Source of the DNA: Octopus sinensis
Taxonomy: Eukaryota
Length of the DNA stretch: 64,000 bases
Assembly (NCBI RefSeq): GCF_006345805.1
Contig: NC_043007.1
Span: 64,914,001 to 64,978,000, forward strand
Direction: 5' to 3'
A model generated the notes under the pieces. That model was not told where the DNA came from. It did not search any database and saw only the letters and a list, made by a program, of their open reading frames with translations. Position numbers and translations under genes: made by a program. Below are positions 40,701 to 53,569 of this stretch, piece by piece. Within the stretch, counting starts at the first letter, position 1; every line of letters starts with the position of its first letter.

Positions 40701-41675
40701 GGTGACCTCTCTTACCCAGAAATGGGTAGAGAGGAAGTTGTCCCTGAAAGGTCGAGCAGAGGTGACTTATGCCTACATCGTCTCTCATTATTTATTGCCT
40801 GAATGTTGTGCCTTGATTAGATTGGAGCGTATCCTGTTTATTTTCTTGTGAAAAGGACGTGTTCCAATGGTCAGGCGGTTGGTCTGCTGCCAACTTCCTT
40901 TGCGTGGCGGCTTAGGCATGCCATAGGTTTTAGTGCACAGACACGCCCTCGGGTTGCACCACTTGCACCGATTTCTAAAAGGTGAACGTGTGTGGGCTCC
41001 GTTTGCGAGTCACGCCTTTTCGCAGCTCGTCTCCTTGAGGGAATTGCAGTTTTGGTCGAAGGATAGGCCGAGACTGGGCGCCTGGCACTTAGAGTGTCAT
41101 CAGACGCTCACTGTCCTCTTCAAACGGGCAACAAGATTGGTGGATGTTCCACTTTAGATATTTACAGCGGACATCCTCGGGGACACCCTAAACGTCGGCG
41201 AAGACGAACTGGAAAGTGTATTCCTGAGGGCTTTCCGGTCGGGGATGGTTATATATAATCTCCAGAAGTCTTTGGCCTCGCAGTGTTACCGGAGGGTGCT
41301 ACTGGTTCGAGATAAACTCTATAGGCACGGATGTGCTGTCACAAGGGCTTGTTCGAGGTGCTCGCAGAGTGACGAAATCGTTCTCCATGCACTCGTTCAG
41401 TGTCCGGGCATTGCTGACTTGAGGAGTTATGTCGAACAGATGCTGTCCAAGTCCATAATGATGTTTGCCCCGCCAAACTCTTTTAATCGGGCTGGTAAGG
41501 CAGTTTTCCTTTGTCTGGTGTCTGATGGACGAGGCTGAAAGGAATGAGGACAGAAACTTTCCTCTTTGGTAAAGCCATCATCGACTTTTTCAAGTTTCAC
41601 TTGAAAAGGAATGTGAGGGTGGTGATGGAGGTGCTGTCAAAAGGTGGATGAAAGTTGCAAAAATGGCAAGAGTCG
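37800..41675 (+). mobile_element. L1/Tx1-clade LINE, near full length, decayed (ORF1 about 37810-38960, ORF2 about 38970-41660)
   Basis: GGVAVLLRK..DPDGRLMVL..RLVSVYAP; LDGLPY; NFRPITLVNTELMILAKVLAERL; D*SKAFDRIDH; SVRQGCPLSHPLY; LRGGLGMP; CSRCSQSDEIVLHALVQCP. Internal deletions, including the YADD region. Confidence 0.9.
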
Positions 41676-41816
41676 ACTCTTTCATCCTTTCGGGGTCGAT
41701 AAATTAAGTACCAGTTGTGTACTGAGGTCGATCTAATCGACTGGCCCTCTCCCCCAAAAAACACTTCGGATCTTGTACCTAGAGTAGAAAAAATTATTAT
41801 TATTATTATTATTATT

Positions 41817-41854
<38 letters not shown>

Positions 41855-42719
41855 ACGTTTGGCAGAGTAAGGCGGCAGATCTTTCTTTGCTTTGTGGTCG
41901 TGGCAAAGGAGGTTCTGTGGTGGATCTAACTGAAATGTTTGAAGACAGTCACTTCCCTATCAGGCTAAGCTCTCATCCATTTAGTCAAATATCATTGACT
42001 AAATCTTCCTACATATATAATGATATTAGACAATCTTATAAAACTGCGAAATAAGAAATAATGATGTAGAAACCTGATGTGTGTGTGTGTGTGGTGTGTG
42101 TGTATGTGTGTATGTATGTATGCATGCATGTATGCATATGCCTTAATGCTTGTTTTTATATCAGCAAAACATTCAACTACCTTTTCTTTGAGTAAACAAT
42201 TTATCATTTTTCTGCTTGTTCGCGCAAGCCGATGATTATGAGCTGTAAAATGTGGTGTACTGTGTGTGTGTGTGGCGTATGGTATATGATTCTGTGAATT
42301 TTTGTTATTACTGTGTAGCCCCAGGTTAGCTCTGAACAAGTAGTTTTACGACACCTAAGCAATCGGTTGAACGACTGAATTCATTCCGCATATATATTAC
42401 ATTATGAATGCAGTGATTGTTTGTATATGATACGGTGAGGCAATCTGGGCGTATTGAATTAGATTCTGTATACCTAGAGTCTTGTGGTGATCATAAAAAA
42501 GGCGGAGTGAAATGAATCGTTCCAAATGCAACAGCTGCTGCATTTCTCTGTTATTGGCACATTTCATCTCAGCATAATGTTTAAGAGTAACGTATTTATT
42601 GATGCTATTGATATGCTCGTGTATTTATACATATCCGCCTGAGCGTGAGAATTGTGTTTTCACGGCGCTTTTCTTGTAGTGTTCTGGAAGCATTTTTGTT
42701 TGGTAATCATTATACATGA

Positions 42720-43060
42720 TTAGCAGAATTCCTGAATTTAAATTTCTGCCTCTCCTGTGTCATTGTAATTTTTTTTATTGTACTTTTATTATATTGTGCA
42801 TATAGTCTGTGGGTGCGAACTGTAATCAACCTTGATGCGAAGTGTGCCGGATTTTGCTTTTGTAGCCTGTGATGGTTTTTTGTGGAGTGATTGGTAATAA
42901 ATGCACAAGTGACATAATCTGTGCTGTATCTATTATATTGCTTGTACATAAATGATATCTCTTTGCGTTAGCCAAATCAGATAGATGTGAGTACTCTAAA
43001 TATGTTGTTAGCCGTACTCTTTTCTTCTTGCTTTGTGAATATTGTGTAAGTGCTGTATAT
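42720..43060 (-). mobile_element. Probable LINE ORF2 post-RT fragment (I/Jockey group)
   Basis: IFRVLTSI*FG*RKEISFMYKQYNRYSTDY..HRLQKQN resembles L..LYKQ.IRP.LDYAS..LQ..QN.ALR. Confidence 0.45.
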
Positions 43061-43536
43061 GTTGTACTGTAGTAGTGATGCATAGTTTATGATGTTTCAT
43101 GGTAATATTTGATGAATGATATGTGGCAGTGTATAGTAGTGGCAGCAATGTTTAATGCATGATGTAATATAGAGGGTTGTTGTGGTGATGTATAATGTAT
43201 GATAGTGTGTGTTCATTGTATATGTGAGTAGGGTAGTGTGCTGTATATGGAAGTGTTTAGTGGTGTATACTAAGCAAAGGATTATCACAGGTTTGCTACT
43301 GCTAACCGGATAAATAAGGATTACTGTCTCACAATTCCACACCCCACACTAACTCTCTCTCTAACAATTATTTATATTTTCTCTATCTCTCACTCCCTCT
43401 CTCTTTCACACACGCTATTTATCTCTCTACCTCTTTATTCTATTTTTCTCGTCTTACCACAGACAAGCACAGTTCACTTGATAGATTAAACACCACCACC
43501 ACCAGCAACACCAACACCACCACCGCCGCCGCGGTA

Positions 43537-43578
<42 letters not shown>

Positions 43579-43706
43579 TCTCTCTCTCTCTATATATATA
43601 TACATATACATATATATACGTACACATACACAAATACATATGCATACACAAACATACACACACATATACATACATACACACATACATGCATACATACATA
43701 CATACA

Positions 43707-43738
<32 letters not shown>

Positions 43739-45289
43739 AAATTCATTTGACTAATGGGTATATGTCAATTAGTGTGTTGAGTAAAGCGCATTCACAGTTT
43801 GGGCTACCTTGTGTCATCTACGATTGGGACATATTTCCTCTAGATCTATATCAGGAGTTCTGCAGTGTTAGTTGAGATAAGAGCTTGATGTGACACAAAC
43901 TGCACAGATTCATGCAACACAGTTAGATGCACAATATCCTACCCATAACGGACAGTTAAAGGATGAGCCGAATCGATCGTCGTATTTTTCATATACTTGG
44001 TTTTTACGCTATATATTATTTTTACTTTATTTTACTTACTTTTCTCATTTCTTCGTATTTTTGTTCATTGAAAGAATGAGTAGATACTTAAATTTTATTT
44101 AACACTTTAACTTATTTGATATGAAGCAATATATCTTTACTTTTATTAACCAAATCAATTTAATTTTGTTCAGTTTCGGCCTTCCGTGCGTTGTACGTAT
44201 AACGAGGAAATTTTGTGTGAATATTGTTGGATTGTTGGTGTAGCCTTGATGTTCCGGTAATTTGATGAGCTAACTTTCTTTATCTGCATTAATACAATTA
44301 TACTGAGGGTGCTTTTATCTCATGGACGGTGCCCAACAGACCTTACTATACTGTGTAGTCGACAAGATCAAAAACAAACAATGCTCATGCGCGAAATAAA
44401 ATATAAAGTGCCAATTATTTACCCATCGCTCCATGTGTATATATATATATATATATAAATATACATACATATACATATATATATATGTGTGTGTGTATGT
44501 ATGTATGTATGTATGTAATTGTGCGTATCTGTGTGTGTGTAAATATTTAGTGAACAAAAGTATATATGAAATAACTGAATGTTAACTGCATGTGGGAGGA
44601 AAATAGAGGCTGTGACGCTAATGCCTTTCCAGAGAATAGTCATCTATTTACAATTTTGTTTACAGACTCAATCGCAGACAATTTTATTTTACCTACGCTA
44701 AGAGTTTCATGCACTCACACATACATGCACACACACGCACACGCAGACACACACACGTATAGACACACATACATTTTCACATATGCACACACACACACAC
44801 ACACTTGGCATTGAATACTTTTAACATCCATGTACGTGAAGGATCTGAATTTCCTATTTAAAAACAATTCATTGCATTTTAGCTTACCAATGGTCTACGC
44901 AAATGTAAGAATGTCAAACAATCTCATACAACATGTTCCTTATAAATGTTTGCCTTCATGCCTAAGTAACCAATCAATATTCATTTATTTCATGCAAATA
45001 CACCCCATTGCTTGGCGTTGTAGCAATGAAAGCTATAATTAATAGAGAATTAGCGATATTGACCTAATGAGAGGATAACATGAGCTTAGTTTGCATAAGC
45101 ATATTCAAGGCTTTAGTTATATATTTTTTTTATGCTTACAATATAAATTTACTGTAGAGCAATCATATCGGGAGTATACCCTCAAGTATTTTTCGGAAAG
45201 TCACAGAACAAATGATATAGATTCCAGTTTTGGGCTCTGTTTAACATCTAGACAACTTAAGATAACAGAGTATACTTATATGAAACCAC

Positions 45290-46110
45290 ATGGTGCAACT
45301 GGTGTTGGTCCACTTTTCCACTTCTTTCAAAGCCCCTTTGATGTCATATGTCCCAGTGAAATGCTTTGACTACACAATGACGTCAGCGTTTATATTCTTC
45401 ATGTGCCGAGAGATTACAAGTTCTTATTATGTGCACTACGGGCTCATCTTTCTCCTTAAACACTGCACTTTGCAATTTCCACAGTTCCACAAACTCATTC
45501 ACCCTAATGACATTCGTTTGTAGTGACTGGCTTTGGGGAGTCACGATGGGTCATCCGTTTCATTCTCGAGTTTTCCATTCTTCAACCATAACTATGATTC
45601 GCCTGTAGCTATATCATGCGTTTGTCTGAGATTCTGACCGTGTAGCTCTCCCACCCAGATGTTTATTTTTTCGCACTTGTTTCTTTCTTTCCTTGGATTC
45701 ATTTACGTATCAATAGCTTCTTTCTCCTCTGGTAGCGGAAATAATTTTTTTGTGCTATTCCTGATACTATTTTATATGAAGTTCCGCCATTTCCATGCAG
45801 TCATCTATCGATATCAATATTCCCCCTTCCTTCTGTTGTATGCATAACTTATCAAACCAGTTTCTAAGGTATAATGACCTATGAATGGTAATTGTCATTC
45901 TGGTTTTACTTCCCATGTTTCTTAGTTCTCCCCCAATCCAGTTCCAGAGAGCACCAGAAAATATCACTACAGATACTACCAGCGTGATTACTGCAGAGAT
46001 GTTTTCCCTTCTGTTCTGTTTTGAGCTTAGCACCTCTTTTACTCTCCTGAAACATTCTTTTTTCTCCTTCTCTCTAATTTTCTGAAGGAGAATTATGTCT
46101 CCCTTCTGAA
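45290..46110 (-). mobile_element. R4/Dong-like (RLE-class) non-LTR retrotransposon fragment
   Basis: RRVKEVLSSK; ELRNMGSKTR; DKLCIQQKEGG; ELHGQ; WLKNGKL; KEKDEPVVHIIRTC..EYKR*RH.VVKAFHWDI (CCHC region). Confidence 0.8.
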
Positions 46111-46155
46111 CACCAAGCTACTTTGTTAACATCATTCATTGCTTTGATTAATGTC

Positions 46156-46200
<45 letters not shown>

Positions 46201-46300
46201 GCATCATCACCTTCTTCTTCTTCTTCTTCTTCTTCTTCTTCTTCTTCTTCTTCTTCTTCTTCTTCTTCTTCTTCTTCTTCTTCTTCTTCTTCTTCATCAT
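46156..46300. repeat. Compound (CAT)n(CTT)n microsatellite
   Basis: Direct observation; explains the poly-S/H/L ORFs. Confidence 0.97.
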
Positions 46301-46319
46301 TTGCTTCTAACTTGTTTAG

Positions 46320-47106
46320 ACATGCCTAAAATATTCTCCAAAGTTTCTCAATGTTTTCTTAAGTTTAATTGAAGGAATTAATTTCGACAAAAGTTACATG
46401 ACATACAACGATAAAACTAGTTTCACAATATTTGGGGAGGGGAAATACAAGGACCTCCATCAAGGTTTTCGATGTCAACGTCGACACCTGTGTCGTACTC
46501 TCCTTCTTTACATATTGTACCACAAGAATGGCACAATATAGAAAAGTGGTTAATGGCTTCGTACCTTTCGGTGATTTATGGTCCGGTGAGGTTATCAATG
46601 ATATACAAGTCAACACAACCCCTCAAAACCACAAAACAAACCCAGAATTTTGCCCTGTGGAGAGTGTTGAACAGAGAAACTTAAAACTTATCATCAAGAG
46701 TAAATTGCGCGGCTGCTGCACATCTGATAATAAACCATCCCACTTCACTGCGGTACCGCCCATTCACTTAAGAAGACGAGGTTCAAACAACAGGCAAAGG
46801 TGATTGGTTGACTGTAAAAGCGAAATAAGACTCCACCAAAGCAAAATAAAAAACGACTGGAAAGAACAATAAAAAGGCAATATATAAGTGTGAAGAAAGT
46901 TCTAAACACCATGAAGAGAAATCCGTCTTTGAAAGAGAGTCTATTTCTTGTGAAAGAAAATTCCTATCCAGTAAGAAGAAGTCCATCTGCGAATAAGATA
47001 CAATCTCTTGCGAGAAGGAGCGCATCTTCACCTGAAATGAAATGAAATTCGCAGCTCTACGCAAGACCAACGAACGACTTATACAAGTTGCTTATGACAT
47101 GCAGTA
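46320..47106 (+). pseudogene. Unclassified decayed coding-like island
   Basis: Complex sequence with overlapping open frames; one frame reads plausibly through about seven stops; internal duplicated peptide; no family recognised. Confidence 0.35.
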
Positions 47107-48274
47107 GCTCTATATAAAGTACTAGTTCATTAGACATAACAATGAAAGCTATTAGTAATTTACTCCGAATGTAAGATGTAAGTCTATTAATAAAGTACTC
47201 TAACTATATTTACTTAACATTACAAGTTAAGTAACTGTAATGCGTAGGATTTTATTTATTAACTCTGACAAAAGAGCTCCTCAAGAAAGCTTCATGTTCC
47301 CCAGTGTTAAGCAGCTGGAGATGTTGAGTAAAGAGAATGTGTATAATTGGGGAGAGTGTTGATCAACGCACGTGAACTTTATATTTTACATATCTTGTTT
47401 TCTTTATTTTATGTTTTATTATACAATTTTAATTCATATGATTTAACATAAGTCCAGGGGCTTCCGAAGATTGAGCGACTATAGTCCACATTTTGTACGG
47501 TGCGTCTTTCTGCAGCTCATCTGTTTTACAGTGGTACCGTAAGAGTGCTTTACTGGATGATTTGTGGCATGTTATTTCGCTCATTACGTTCTGAGATTGA
47601 ACCCCGCCGAGATTAGCTTTGCCTTTAACTTTCCTGGGTCGATAAAATAAAGTATATTCTTCACTAAAATATAAAGTGCGACTATTCCTTCTACCAAATA
47701 TCTGGCCTGTATAAGTTATTAATATTATTATTATAAAAATACAATTCTCTTTTAGTGGTGTTAGTCTTTGTAGTAGTAGTAGCAGCAGTGATAGCATTTG
47801 TAGTGACAGTAGTAGTAGCAGTACTAACTGTAGAGACAGGAAGCAACAAAATCGATTGAAAAAAGTTGAAGGAAAACAGCTCAAGTACAAGTTCTGAAAA
47901 ATAAGAAAATGTAAAATGAGAAAAAAAAAAAAAACACGCAAAAACAAGACAGAAAAACTCACAGTATTTTCTTTACCAAAATATTAAGCGCTAACAAGAT
48001 AAAGCACGCAACGTGTATTCTGGAATATTTATAGTGAGAACCACTTCAGATGAGACGTGTAATACGGAGAGGGTAAATTAAGTATTTTTTTTTAAACTTC
48101 GGATATTATATTAACTGATAAGTACTAGGAACTTTGAAATAATACCAAGCAAACTTTTGTTCTATCATTGCACTCTTTCTTGTTATCTCATTTTGTCTGT
48201 TTTTACGATTTCAGATAGGCTATTTATTCTCATATACATATATATATATATATATATATACATATATACATACA

Positions 48275-48668
48275 CTAGCAGTATCGCCCAGCGTTGCTCG
48301 GGTTTGTAAGGGAAATAATTATATAAGCATTTTTAGAGTTGTAAAGTATAATAGCCATCTCAATATGGCTAACCACAAAGGGGGAGGGGTGTTACTGTAG
48401 CTTTTTACGTTCTGAGATTTAATAATAAATTTTAGAGAGTTACTTCCCTTATATATGTCAAAAATGGATTAAAAATGGGAAAAATTGATGGTAAATTTTT
48501 TTTAAATCGTAGACTCATCGTAGACGCGCGCTAATACCCAGACGGTCTCGATATGAATCACGACTATAAGATACCCGGTTTTAGTTAAACTGCACCGCAA
48601 AATGTGGGAGTAGTTAGGAATCTAAATCGTAGGAGACAGACACACAACCTCACTTTTATATATAAAGA
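48275..48668 (-). mobile_element. Non-autonomous Helitron
   Basis: Minus strand a|TCtttatatataaaag ... cccgagcaacgctgggcgatactgCTAG|t; 3' about 65 bp shared with 14524-14898. Confidence 0.88.
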
Positions 48669-48731
48669 TTTCCTCTATTTACATAATATTGAGGTCTCTT
48701 TCTTTCTTTTGTTATCTTACTGTTTTTACCA

Positions 48732-48798
<67 letters not shown>

Positions 48799-48870
48799 TA
48801 TATATAGTTACAGAGATGTACTTGCATAGCAAGTGACTTGATCTGAGATCGTGTGCTGGAACGAAAACAG

Positions 48871-49129
48871 TTGCAGCGTTGAAGGTGTTTATAAGCCATT
48901 TAAGAAACACACAAAAACCGTTAGATTCACTTCAACATTTAAATTTAATTTGTCAAAATATTTTCGTCGCTTTGAGACCGCGACCTGTTAGCACGATATT
49001 TTTGTCAGTCAACAGGTCGCGGTCTCAAAGCGAGGAAAATATTTTGGCAAATTAAATTTAAATGTTGAAGTGAATCTAACGGTTTTTGTGTGTTTCTTAA
49101 ATGGCTTACAAACACCTTCCACGCTGCAA
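48871..49129. repeat. Young fold-back, 119-bp arms, 21-nt spacer
   Basis: Four mismatches between arms by manual comparison. Confidence 0.95.
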
Positions 49130-49224
49130 TATATATATACACACATATATATATATGTATGTATGTATGTATGTGTGTATATGTGTATGCATGTATGTGT
49201 GTGTGTGTGCATGTCTGTGCTTGT

Positions 49225-49420
49225 GATTGTCCTCCACCACTGCTTGACAACGAATGTTGGTTTGTTTACATCCCTGTCACCTAGTGGTTTGACAAAGGAA
49301 ACAGATAGAATAAGTACAATGCTTACAAAAATAAAACTGGAGTTGATTCATTAAACTACAATTCTTCAAGGCATTGCCCCAGCATGGCCACAGACCAATG
49401 GCTGGAAAAAGCAGAAGAAT
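49225..49420 (+). mobile_element. SINE 3' half (54 kb family)
   Basis: gcttgacaac..gttggtttgtttacatccc, gatagaataagtac, ccccagcatggccaca, aataaaagaata tail. Confidence 0.75.
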
Positions 49421-49494
49421 AAAAGAATACATTCTCTGCTTTGGTCTTATGTTCAAGGCATGAGAAAGCTTGAGTTTACATGAGAAGGCCTAAC

Positions 49495-49775
49495 AGACCT
49501 GGTAGAAACAGCAGCCAAATCTCCCTCAAATCACACCTTACTGTCTTATGTATGTATATATATATGAGCCAATGAGGGGGACCTCTACATGGTAGCTAGA
49601 CCTGGTAGAAATAGCAGCCAAATTTCCCCCAAATCACACCTTACTGTCTTATCTATGTATATATGAGCCTATGAGGGAGACCCCTACATGACAGCTAGAC
49701 ATGGTAGAAATAGCAGCCAAATCTCCCTCAAATCACACCTTACTGTCTTATGTATGTATATATATATATATATAC
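49495..49775 (+). repeat. Tandem repeat with about 100-bp unit, about 2.8 copies
   Basis: agac(c/a)tggtagaaa.agcagccaaat.tccc.caaatcacaccttactgtcttat starts at 49495, 49598 and 49697. Confidence 0.92.
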
Positions 49776-50510
49776 AAGCCACTACGGTTATTTAATGTAA
49801 AGTCTTCCTCAAATCACTCTCGCTATTTACTCTCTTCCAAGAACATTTTCACTCACTCTTATCTCTTAGCTTGCCATACATTTTACTCATGTATCTATCA
49901 GCGTGATAGACAGAAACAAATATTACATCGCCATCGCCATCGCCATCGCATTCTATTGTCTACCTGTCAACACACACACAGTGAATTACTTTCATTTTAT
50001 TCGTTGTACACTGTGTGTGTGCGTGTGCGTGTGGTGTAAACCACATTAAGAAAAGCATTTGACATACCCACCAGAATGTGAGTTTTCTGTAAATTTTGCT
50101 TAATTGGAGTTTAAATTTTAAAAACTGGACCTGGCATGACCCAATGCATTCTACTCTTAAAAATGCTAGGTAAATTGTAATTGAAGAAATCCTATATTGT
50201 AGATTTCTATAACTGACAAAGGGAGGCAGATAAAATCTGCCTTTTATAATGAGAGATACATACATACATACATACATACATACATACATACATACATACA
50301 TACATACATACATACATAAACGCATACTTAAACATACAATTATCGATTACCGAAAGACAAAAGCAACGGAAGTGACATAATTACTTTCATTAGCTTACAA
50401 CAGTTCCTAGTATAAGAAGCTTGCATTATTCAGCTATTACTATGTGGGTGGGTGAATATACATGCATATGTACAGACGTATATTTGTATGTATGCATGTA
50501 TATATATGTA

Positions 50511-50665
<155 letters not shown>

Positions 50666-50830
50666 CGAATTTGTGTACATGTTTGTAGAATAATATATCA
50701 CTTGAATAAAGTTCAAACATGGTCTGGTTTTCACGCTTTTTATTACAGTATTTAAAAAAAATATAAATTATTTTACAATGTGAAGTGTATTAAACATTAG
50801 AAAAATAATATTTTGTAATGTTCATAAAGT

Positions 50831-50870
50831 TCAATTAGCGCTTTCATTCGTTCGTAGTAATCATCAGATT
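50831..50870 (-). ncRNA. Minimal type I hammerhead motif
   Basis: Minus strand: AAU / CUGAUGA / weak stem II / GAAA / palindromic AGCGCU / CUA triplet / AUU. Confidence 0.55.
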
Positions 50871-50874
50871 TCAA

Positions 50875-51040
50875 AATGTGGAAAAATATAGTACTCGAAT
50901 ACCGGAGATAGAGTAATATGCATTATTAATAAAGCTGCAAAGACATCAGAAAAACTGTTACTCAGAGTTTCACTGATTTTCAATCAAATGTGTCCGACGA
51001 GGGAACGTGAAACTGATGTCTTTTCAACTTTGTAAATAAA
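50875..51040. repeat. Second, older fold-back copy of the 9935-10146 hammerhead-bearing family
   Basis: ggaaaaa.a.agtactc.aatacc.g.g.tagagtaatatgc shared with 9948-9989; ctgttactcagagtttcac in the left arm, tccgacga..acgtgaaac in the right arm. Confidence 0.75.
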
Positions 51041-51049
51041 GTGCGAGAT

Positions 51050-51340
51050 GTTTTTCACCTTTTCAAACCCCACCTGTCTAACACCCGTGGATATGTTTAC
51101 AAAGTCAGAAAACAGCACAGCTCCCATGACTTTCGGAAGAGTTTCTGTAGCATGGAACAGACTGCTAAGAGTTGCTGTAGCATGGAACAGATTGCCAGCA
51201 TCAGTTGTTAGTTGTCGGAGCACTGCATCCTTCAAAACTTCCATGCTTCCTGAGATTCGCCAACACTACACCTGATTTTCTCCCCTCCATACGCACGCAA
51301 GCATGTATCTGACTCATACACTTTTCGCTTTTTGACAAGT
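51050..51340 (+). mobile_element. CR1 LINE 3' end with an internal 30-bp tandem duplication
   Basis: SNTRGYVYKVRKQHSSHDFRK and AVAWNRLPASVVSCRSTASFK; gagtt.ctgtagcatggaacaga repeated. Confidence 0.82.
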
Positions 51341-51654
51341 TGTTGTGCACTTGAGCACTGTATACAATAATTTCATTATTATTATCATTATCATTATTAT
51401 TATTATTATAATTATTATTATATATATATAATTATATATATATATATAGAAATACACAAATACATGCACACACACACACATATGTATATACTTTGGCATA
51501 CACAATGGCTTATTATTTGGGAGTATTCTCGGCGTGTAAGCGTTTCTACGCACACGTCGAATTTCACCGACTTCACTTAAAAAAGCAGCTATAGGTCGTG
51601 GAATCTTTGGTATAGTAGGCAGTTTCACCCCGAAGTATATATTTATATACATGG

Positions 51655-51758
<104 letters not shown>

Positions 51759-52052
51759 TTTGTTTGTGTGTTTGTGTGTATGTGTGTGCGTGGTGTTTAC
51801 ACCGTTAAGTAAGTAAGTTAGGACTTAGACTGCTTACATTATTCACAAAATGAATCTTGACGAAAACATTCACGAAAGTTGAAACTAAACCATTTGTAAA
51901 ATTCGTAGTTTTCTCTGTCTGCAGGACACTATGCGCAGCTATTTCCACAGCGAGTTTAAACATATATCTATTAGAAATTTGATTTTAAAACTGATTGTAA
52001 ATTTAGAAATAAGAGCTGATATAAGTTGAAGTTCCTACATACGCACACTCAT

Positions 52053-52123
<71 letters not shown>

Positions 52124-52339
52124 ACCACCAACACACATCACACCCACATACCCAAAGACATATATGTGTGTGTAAGTGTGTATGTGTTTTTCTGCTTCCG
52201 TCCACTTCGACAGACATCGCGTCTCCTTTCTTGTCCCCCATTTGTAATTTTCTTCGGATATTCTATACAGAAACTCCAGATTTTCATTAGTGTTATCACG
52301 TTACTATCTTAAAAATCGTTTGTCACTCTATATATACTT

Positions 52340-52600
52340 TTTCCTTAATATTTTGTCTTCAGCACCACCTCACCATCGGGCCTACCACATTCTTTTTTCG
52401 TCTACGCCTTCCTCTCACATGTTTGCACACCTCCACTTGACATCCCATACCACCAACACACCCCTTCTCAAGCCCATCTTTATGCATGGACAATCTCCCT
52501 TGATGTGCATACTATCCGCCTCCTCACTTCCTACCTCTCTCATAAAACCGTATTTCTACCTGGCCACACTTTCTTTTACAACTGCCTTTTCAGTTTTTTG
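52340..52600 (-). mobile_element. Possible RTE 3' coding fragment
   Basis: Purine-rich minus strand with weak resemblance to the RTE C-terminus. Confidence 0.3.
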
Positions 52601-53059
52601 TTTATGAATTACTAGCGTTCGAACGTCAACACTCTGTTTTCTCCCATAAATGCGTTAAACCAAAGCAATATCTGTTAAATCTGAGGGATACATACATACT
52701 AATACATGGATACATGCATGCTAATGCAATATCTGTTAAAGCTGATGGATACATACATGCATACACACACACATACACACGCCCACATACATGCACACAC
52801 ATACGCATATCGTTGCTATTATGAAAAGTGTCTTAAGTCCAAAACGTTGCTTTTTCAGAAAACGAAAAAATAGTTTCACCTTTCCATAGCAAAATCGTTG
52901 TACTATACTTTGGCAATTTTTGAAATCTTGGTATCTGAACAAGCTGGAGATACGATAGTTTGACCAAAATAACTGGCTATTGCATGCAAAAATAAATATT
53001 GAAAAAAAGCACATTTGGCCAAATTTGGATATACGACAGTTTAACATTGCCCAAACGAC

Positions 53060-53431
53060 CTTAACATTAGCTTCAAGGTTCATCCAAGACTGGGACCACG
53101 GGCCATACGTCCCCTGCCCAATTCAAGATCACAACATACATGTACACTGCAACATAATTTCTTTTCCTCAACAGGCCCTGCCCTATTTAACATTGTCCCG
53201 AGGGAGATCAAAGAGGAAAAGGATCACATCAACTTTAAACGGAGTCTGGATAGATTCCTTCAAAGAATACCAGATAAGCCACCCATAATTGGATACAACT
53301 CACCCAACAAGAACTCACTACTTGAACAAAACTTGACTTAAACAGGATTCGAATAATCCTGTCAGGTGGTGCTATTAAGTTAGACATGGCCTGGACCAAT
53401 CTTTGGTCGAAACATATCTAAGTTATCTAAG

Positions 53432-53435
<4 letters not shown>
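53060..53435 (+). mobile_element. CR1-group LINE 3' end with stem-loop and TATCTAAGT tail
   Basis: HPRLGPR..TGPALFNIVPREIKEE..FKRSLDRFLQRIPDKP..GY..NKNSL; GACCA-atctt-TGGTC hairpin. Confidence 0.85.
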
Positions 53436-53487
<52 letters not shown>

Positions 53488-53569
53488 GAGTGAGTGGACG
53501 AATGAATGAAGGGCACTCAACCAATTTATTGGGAGCTACAAGTATGGATCAAAACGGCTTGAGTCAAAT

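Noticed and set aside
48960-49050. Hammerhead in the 48.9 kb fold-back (GTCGC-N9-GCGAC-GAAA)
   Set aside because: No CUGANGA in register with stem II.
49495-49775. CRISPR-like repeat-spacer array
   Set aside because: Whole units, including the intervening parts, are repeated; eukaryotic context; no cas genes.
53385-53415. GACCA-atctt-TGGTC-GAAAC as a hammerhead
   Set aside because: Lacks the CUGANGA core; better explained as a CR1 3' stem-loop.
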